Positions 63,888-64,000 of a stretch of 64,000 bases of DNA are shown piece after piece (position 1 is the stretch's first letter; each line of letters opens with the position of its first letter). A program made the translations under genes and the position numbers. The notes beneath the pieces were generated by a model, which worked only from the letters and a program-made list of their open reading frames with translations, was not told the origin of the DNA and did not search any database. Where the stretch lies: positions 186,001 to 250,000 of the forward strand of contig JBODTK010000159.1 in the NCBI GenBank assembly GCA_050613775.1. Reading direction: 5' to 3'. This DNA comes from Neocallimastix sp. 'constans'. Lineage: Eukaryota.

Positions 63888-64000
63888 TAAATTAATTTCC
63901 TTTTATTTTTTTTATTTTTTATTTTATTTTTTTTGGGGATTAATTTTCTAATGAAAGAGGACTCTAATACTATTTTATCATTTTTTTTTATGCTAAGAAA

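Overview
Extremely AT-rich eukaryotic DNA with short GT-AG introns. Composition and gene content suggest an anaerobic gut fungus (Neocallimastigomycota); this is an inference. The left ~19 kb holds conserved intron-containing genes: an F-box/LRR protein (5' end outside the window), RNase P/MRP subunit Rpp1/RPP30, a SNF2/STH1-type remodeler ATPase, an Abraxas/FAM175-like MPN protein and phospholipid methyltransferase OPI3. At 20.2-28.4 kb lies a very young, intact Ty3/Gypsy element. It has near-identical LTRs, an ATAT target duplication, a tRNA-Ala PBS, a 1.5-kb structured leader with a 40-bp hairpin array, and a UUUAAAC plus pseudoknot -1 frameshift. It is inserted 15 bp upstream of a tRNA-headed, highly structured ~440-nt Pol III-type unit (SINE-like). 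That unit ends in TCTATG-(T)n, the same terminus as two nearby decayed LINEs. The rest is mostly a transposon graveyard (LINE, Copia and Gypsy remnants, nested insertions, satellites). It also contains an orphan 739-aa ORF, a Cys-rich membrane-protein gene missed by the ORF track, and a secreted LysM plus phospholipase A2 gene with an in-frame stop. Exon boundaries were read by eye and may be off by a few bases.
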